A DNA stretch of 32,000 bases. Origin: Mycobacterium tuberculosis H37Rv (GTDB taxonomy: Bacteria > Actinomycetota > Actinomycetes > Mycobacteriales > Mycobacteriaceae). The notes beneath the pieces are model-generated. The model saw only the letters and a program-made list of their open reading frames with translations, had not been told where the DNA came from and did no database searches. Below, piece after piece: positions 27,478 to 32,000 of this stretch. The position numbers and the translations under genes were made by a program. Numbering within the stretch: the first letter of the stretch is position 1; each line of letters starts with the position of its first letter. The stretch spans positions 390,001 through 422,000 of the forward strand of contig NC_000962.3 of the NCBI RefSeq assembly GCF_000195955.2, read 5' to 3'.

Positions 27478-28290
27478 ATGAATGTTGTGACGGCCCATCC
27501 CAAGTACCCGAATGACCCTCTTGCGCTGGTATTGATTGAACTGCGCCATCCGCGGACCGAGCCGCCGGTGCCATCTGCTATCTCCATCCTGAAGGAGGAG
27601 CTGGCGCGATGGACTCCCATACTCGAACAGGAGGAGGTGCGGCAGGTCAACCTAGAAACGGGCGAACATACCGCACACTCACAGAAGAAGCTCGTTGCCC
27701 GTGATCGCCGCACCGCGATCACGTTTCGACCCGACGCCATGACCCTCGAAGTCACCGACTACCCGGGCTGGGAGGAGTTTCGGTCCATCGTTCACGCGAT
27801 GGTCACAGCCCGCCAGGACGTGGCCCCAGTCGATGGCTGCATCCGGATCGGTCTGCGCTACATCAACGAGATTCGGGCATCGCTGGCGGAGCCATCCGGC
27901 TGGGCGTACTGGGTGGCGGAAAGTCTCCTCGGGCCTGGGACACAGCTTGCCGATCTCAAACTCACCACCACCGCGCAACGGCACGTCATTCAGTGCGAAG
28001 GCCCGGAGCCAGGCGACTCCTTGACACTGAGGTACGCCGGTGCGCGCGGCGCGGTCATCCAGTCAACCCCGTTTCTCCAGCGGTTGAAAGAACCTCCGGC
28101 AGAAGGAGATTTCTTCCTCATCGATATCGACAGCGCGTGGAGCGACCCCTGCAAGGGCATCCCAGCGCTCGACGCCCACCTGGTGGACGAGGTCGCCGAA
28201 AGGCTCCACACACCCATCGGCCCACTGTTCGAATCGCTGATAACTTCCGAACTCCGTACAAAGGTGCTGCAACAACCTGGGCAGGAGTGA
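27478..28290 (+). CDS. TIGR04255-like 'sporadically distributed' family protein (Rv0347-like); start revised from 27304
   Basis: Family-like start (M)TAHPKYPNDPLALVLIELRHP and end FFLIDIDSAW...ERLHTPIGPLFESLITSELRTKVLQQ; upstream 58 codons look non-coding. Confidence 0.65.
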   Translation: MNVVTAHPKYPNDPLALVLIELRHPRTEPPVPSAISILKEELARWTPILEQEEVRQVNLETGEHTAHSQKKLVARDRRTAITFRPDAMTLEVTDYPGWEEFRSIVHAMVTARQDVAPVDGCIRIGLRYINEIRASLAEPSGWAYWVAESLLGPGTQLADLKLTTTAQRHVIQCEGPEPGDSLTLRYAGARGAVIQSTPFLQRLKEPPAEGDFFLIDIDSAWSDPCKGIPALDAHLVDEVAERLHTPIGPLFESLITSELRTKVLQQPGQE

Positions 28291-28292
28291 CC

Positions 28293-28946
28293 ATGACCAT
28301 TTCGTTCTCTAGCTCGAATCTCCGAGACGACGCCACCTCTGGCAACGGCGATTACCGCCTCGACAAGCTGCCCGAAACCACCCCATCGACCTCGGTGTTC
28401 GACCGCGCCGATGTCACCTACCGCCAATTCACGGAACTCCACGGGCAAGCCCGCGACACACGGCGGGAGGCGCACGTGGTTGAGCTGGAGTCCAAGACCG
28501 GCGAGCGGGCTCGGTGCGCACCCATGCATGCGCTTGAGCAGCTCGCGGACTACGGCTTTGCCTGGCGGGACATCGCACGCGTTGTCGGAGTGAGCGTGCC
28601 CGCAATCACCAAATGGCGCAAGGGCGCTGGAGTTACCGGCGAGAACCGGCTAAAAATCGCCCGTCTACTCGCCCTCATCGACATGCTCTCGGACCGATTC
28701 ATCGGCGAGCCCGCCTCCTGGCTGGAAATGCCGATCCAAGCCGGAGTGGGAATCACCCGAATGGACCTCCTGGAGCGAGGTCGATATGACCTCGTATTGG
28801 CGCTGGCTAGTACCCACACTGGGGACGGTACGGTCGAATACGTACTGAACGAGACTGATAAGGACTGGCGAGAGACCGTTGTAGACAACGCTTTCGAATC
28901 CTACACAGCCGAGGACGGCGTGATCTCGATAAGACCCAAGCGGTAA
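28293..28946 (+). CDS. mosR: Xre/MbcA-like HTH transcriptional regulator (Rv0348, MosR), 217 aa
   Basis: HTH YGFAWRDIARVVGVSVPAITKWRKG followed by antitoxin-like LLALIDMLSDRFIGEPASWLEMPIQAGVGITRMDLLERGRYDLVLALA; ATG preceded by GGAG. Confidence 0.85.
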   Translation: MTISFSSSNLRDDATSGNGDYRLDKLPETTPSTSVFDRADVTYRQFTELHGQARDTRREAHVVELESKTGERARCAPMHALEQLADYGFAWRDIARVVGVSVPAITKWRKGAGVTGENRLKIARLLALIDMLSDRFIGEPASWLEMPIQAGVGITRMDLLERGRYDLVLALASTHTGDGTVEYVLNETDKDWRETVVDNAFESYTAEDGVISIRPKR

Positions 28947-28948
28947 CC

Positions 28949-29608
28949 GTGCCAGAGCTGGAGACGCCCGACGACCCAGAGTCGATATACCTTGCCCGCC
29001 TCGAGGATGTCGGAGAACACAGACCGACGTTCACGGGCGACATCTACCGACTCGGCGATGGTCGCATGGTGATGATCCTCCAGCACCCATGCGCGCTGCG
29101 GCACGGCGTTGACCTCCATCCGCGACTGCTGGTCGCTCCCGTAAGACCCGACTCGCTTCGTTCCAACTGGGCTAGAGCCCCGTTCGGCACGATGCCGCTT
29201 CCGAAGCTCATCGACGGTCAGGATCACTCGGCGGACTTCATCAATCTTGAACTCATCGATTCACCAACGCTTCCGACCTGTGAGCGGATCGCGGTGCTCA
29301 GCCAGTCAGGCGTCAACTTGGTCATGCAACGGTGGGTGTACCACAGCACCCGGCTCGCCGTGCCCACGCACACCTACTCCGACAGCACCGTTGGCCCGTT
29401 CGATGAGGCAGACCTGATCGAGGAGTGGGTGACGGATCGCGTCGACGATGGGGCCGACCCGCAGGCGGCCGAACACGAATGCGCCTCCTGGCTCGATGAA
29501 AGAATCAGCGGCCGCACTCGGCGAGCGCTGCTCAGCGACCGTCAGCACGCCAGTTCAATACGGCGAGAAGCGCGTTCTCATCGAAAGTCGGTCAAGCTGG
29601 CGGACTGA
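28949..29608 (+). CDS. Conserved hypothetical (Rv0349-like), 219 aa
   Basis: GTG start 2 nt after the mosR stop; open ORF with normal composition (GDIYRLGDGRMVMILQHPCALRHG). Confidence 0.8.
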   Translation: MPELETPDDPESIYLARLEDVGEHRPTFTGDIYRLGDGRMVMILQHPCALRHGVDLHPRLLVAPVRPDSLRSNWARAPFGTMPLPKLIDGQDHSADFINLELIDSPTLPTCERIAVLSQSGVNLVMQRWVYHSTRLAVPTHTYSDSTVGPFDEADLIEEWVTDRVDDGADPQAAEHECASWLDERISGRTRRALLSDRQHASSIRREARSHRKSVKLAD

Positions 29609-29717
29609 GCACTGCTCTCCGGGCTTGACCGGGGCCTCTCCCAGCTACGCCCCGAGCGTGTGCCCTGCCGACACGCGGGAACAAGACCCGCACGACCAGC
29701 GTTAGCATGCTCAGTAA

Positions 29718-29738
29718 GTTGAGTGCATCAGGCTCAGC
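29718..29738 (+). promoter_or_regulatory. HAIR-like site 1 (HspR) GTTGAGT-N7-GCTCAGC
   Basis: Partial match to CTTGAGT-N7-ACTCAAG upstream of dnaK. Confidence 0.5.
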
Positions 29739-29771
29739 TCTGAATTGACAGCACACCGCCGTCGAGGCAAG

Positions 29772-29792
29772 CTTGAGCGGGGTGCACTCATC
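29772..29792 (+). promoter_or_regulatory. HAIR-like site 2 (HspR) CTTGAGC-N7-ACTCATC
   Basis: Matches CTTGAGT-N7-ACTCAAG at 11 of 14 arm positions, 43 nt upstream of the dnaK ATG. Confidence 0.75.
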
Positions 29793-29834
29793 ATAGTGCA
29801 GGAAAGAAGCTCTACATATTCAGGAGGATTCACC

Positions 29835-31712
29835 ATGGCTCGTGCGGTCGGGATCGACCTCGGGACCACCAACTCCGTCGTCTCGGTTCTGGAAGGTGGC
29901 GACCCGGTCGTCGTCGCCAACTCCGAGGGCTCCAGGACCACCCCGTCAATTGTCGCGTTCGCCCGCAACGGTGAGGTGCTGGTCGGCCAGCCCGCCAAGA
30001 ACCAGGCAGTGACCAACGTCGATCGCACCGTGCGCTCGGTCAAGCGACACATGGGCAGCGACTGGTCCATAGAGATTGACGGCAAGAAATACACCGCGCC
30101 GGAGATCAGCGCCCGCATTCTGATGAAGCTGAAGCGCGACGCCGAGGCCTACCTCGGTGAGGACATTACCGACGCGGTTATCACGACGCCCGCCTACTTC
30201 AATGACGCCCAGCGTCAGGCCACCAAGGACGCCGGCCAGATCGCCGGCCTCAACGTGCTGCGGATCGTCAACGAGCCGACCGCGGCCGCGCTGGCCTACG
30301 GCCTCGACAAGGGCGAGAAGGAGCAGCGAATCCTGGTCTTCGACTTGGGTGGTGGCACTTTCGACGTTTCCCTGCTGGAGATCGGCGAGGGTGTGGTTGA
30401 GGTCCGTGCCACTTCGGGTGACAACCACCTCGGCGGCGACGACTGGGACCAGCGGGTCGTCGATTGGCTGGTGGACAAGTTCAAGGGCACCAGCGGCATC
30501 GATCTGACCAAGGACAAGATGGCGATGCAGCGGCTGCGGGAAGCCGCCGAGAAGGCAAAGATCGAGCTGAGTTCGAGTCAGTCCACCTCGATCAACCTGC
30601 CCTACATCACCGTCGACGCCGACAAGAACCCGTTGTTCTTAGACGAGCAGCTGACCCGCGCGGAGTTCCAACGGATCACTCAGGACCTGCTGGACCGCAC
30701 TCGCAAGCCGTTCCAGTCGGTGATCGCTGACACCGGCATTTCGGTGTCGGAGATCGATCACGTTGTGCTCGTGGGTGGTTCGACCCGGATGCCCGCGGTG
30801 ACCGATCTGGTCAAGGAACTCACCGGCGGCAAGGAACCCAACAAGGGCGTCAACCCCGATGAGGTTGTCGCGGTGGGAGCCGCTCTGCAGGCCGGCGTCC
30901 TCAAGGGCGAGGTGAAAGACGTTCTGCTGCTTGATGTTACCCCGCTGAGCCTGGGTATCGAGACCAAGGGCGGGGTGATGACCAGGCTCATCGAGCGCAA
31001 CACCACGATCCCCACCAAGCGGTCGGAGACTTTCACCACCGCCGACGACAACCAACCGTCGGTGCAGATCCAGGTCTATCAGGGGGAGCGTGAGATCGCC
31101 GCGCACAACAAGTTGCTCGGGTCCTTCGAGCTGACCGGCATCCCGCCGGCGCCGCGGGGGATTCCGCAGATCGAGGTCACTTTCGACATCGACGCCAACG
31201 GCATTGTGCACGTCACCGCCAAGGACAAGGGCACCGGCAAGGAGAACACGATCCGAATCCAGGAAGGCTCGGGCCTGTCCAAGGAAGACATTGACCGCAT
31301 GATCAAGGACGCCGAAGCGCACGCCGAGGAGGATCGCAAGCGTCGCGAGGAGGCCGATGTTCGTAATCAAGCCGAGACATTGGTCTACCAGACGGAGAAG
31401 TTCGTCAAAGAACAGCGTGAGGCCGAGGGTGGTTCGAAGGTACCTGAAGACACGCTGAACAAGGTTGATGCCGCGGTGGCGGAAGCGAAGGCGGCACTTG
31501 GCGGATCGGATATTTCGGCCATCAAGTCGGCGATGGAGAAGCTGGGCCAGGAGTCGCAGGCTCTGGGGCAAGCGATCTACGAAGCAGCTCAGGCTGCGTC
31601 ACAGGCCACTGGCGCTGCCCACCCCGGCGGCGAGCCGGGCGGTGCCCACCCCGGCTCGGCTGATGACGTTGTGGACGCGGAGGTGGTCGACGACGGCCGG
31701 GAGGCCAAGTGA
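29835..31712 (+). CDS. dnaK: Chaperone DnaK (Hsp70), 625 aa
   Basis: [22 protein letters not shown]; [16 protein letters not shown]; [13 protein letters not shown]. Confidence 0.99.
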   Translation: MARAVGIDLGTTNSVVSVLEGGDPVVVANSEGSRTTPSIVAFARNGEVLVGQPAKNQAVTNVDRTVRSVKRHMGSDWSIEIDGKKYTAPEISARILMKLKRDAEAYLGEDITDAVITTPAYFNDAQRQATKDAGQIAGLNVLRIVNEPTAAALAYGLDKGEKEQRILVFDLGGGTFDVSLLEIGEGVVEVRATSGDNHLGGDDWDQRVVDWLVDKFKGTSGIDLTKDKMAMQRLREAAEKAKIELSSSQSTSINLPYITVDADKNPLFLDEQLTRAEFQRITQDLLDRTRKPFQSVIADTGISVSEIDHVVLVGGSTRMPAVTDLVKELTGGKEPNKGVNPDEVVAVGAALQAGVLKGEVKDVLLLDVTPLSLGIETKGGVMTRLIERNTTIPTKRSETFTTADDNQPSVQIQVYQGEREIAAHNKLLGSFELTGIPPAPRGIPQIEVTFDIDANGIVHVTAKDKGTGKENTIRIQEGSGLSKEDIDRMIKDAEAHAEEDRKRREEADVRNQAETLVYQTEKFVKEQREAEGGSKVPEDTLNKVDAAVAEAKAALGGSDISAIKSAMEKLGQESQALGQAIYEAAQAASQATGAAHPGGEPGGAHPGSADDVVDAEVVDDGREAK

Positions 31713-32000
31713 CGGACGGAAATCAAAAGCCGGATGGCAATTCGGGCGAACAGGTAACCGTCACTGACAAGCGGCGGATCGATCCCGAGACGGGTGAAGT
31801 GCGGCACGTCCCTCCCGGCGACATGCCGGGAGGGACGGCTGCGGCCGATGCGGCGCACACCGAAGACAAGGTCGCCGAGCTGACCGCCGATCTGCAACGC
31901 GTGCAGGCCGACTTCGCCAACTACCGTAAGCGGGCGTTGCGCGATCAGCAGGCGGCCGCTGACCGAGCCAAGGCCAGCGTTGTCAGCCAATTGCTGGGTG
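31709..32000 (+). CDS. grpE: Co-chaperone GrpE, N-terminal part (continues beyond window)
   Basis: GTG start overlapping the dnaK stop (GTGA); [43 protein letters not shown]. Confidence 0.93.
   Translation, partial: MTDGNQKPDGNSGEQVTVTDKRRIDPETGEVRHVPPGDMPGGTAAADAAHTEDKVAELTADLQRVQADFANYRKRALRDQQAAADRAKASVVSQLLG

Noticed and set aside
1-32000. CRISPR arrays, tRNA/rRNA genes, insertion sequences with terminal repeats
   Set aside because: No spacer-repeat periodicity, tRNA-like cloverleaf or transposase ORF noticed; REP13E12 is the only repeated-element candidate, though no tRNA covariance search could be run.

Overview
GC-rich actinobacterial sequence. I recognise it as the Mycobacterium tuberculosis-complex chromosomal segment from udgA (Rv0322, 3' part) to grpE (Rv0351, 5' part); this comes from protein and gene-order recognition, since no database search was possible. 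Gene order: udgA, PIG-L deacetylase, ArsR-rhodanese fusion, methyltransferase split by an amber codon, cyp135A1/TetR, methyltransferase, TetR, SQR-like flavoprotein, DinB/MDMPI-like protein, SnoaL-like protein, rmlA, degenerate PE_PGRS remnant (PE6), REP13E12 HNH gene, aspC, Fe-S reductase, IniR-type STAND/LuxR regulator, Rv0340, iniB-iniA-iniC, lpqJ, decayed MobA-like gene, ansP2, Rv0347-mosR-Rv0349, dnaK, grpE. Most promising observations: (i) paired CCCCTAA direct repeats upstream of both Rv0340 and iniB, with the two encoded proteins sharing an N-terminal domain, which suggests one IniR-controlled envelope-stress regulon; (ii) a tight three-gene cassette Rv0347-Rv0348-Rv0349 (TIGR04255-like, Xre/MbcA-like and unknown) preceded by TGGKTATC iterons and an apparently unannotated VapC/PIN toxin remnant; (iii) clean inverted-repeat operators at TetR/ArsR-controlled junctions, a LexA-type SOS box and two HspR/HAIR-like sites; (iv) several decayed genes. 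No CRISPR, rRNA or tRNA was seen.
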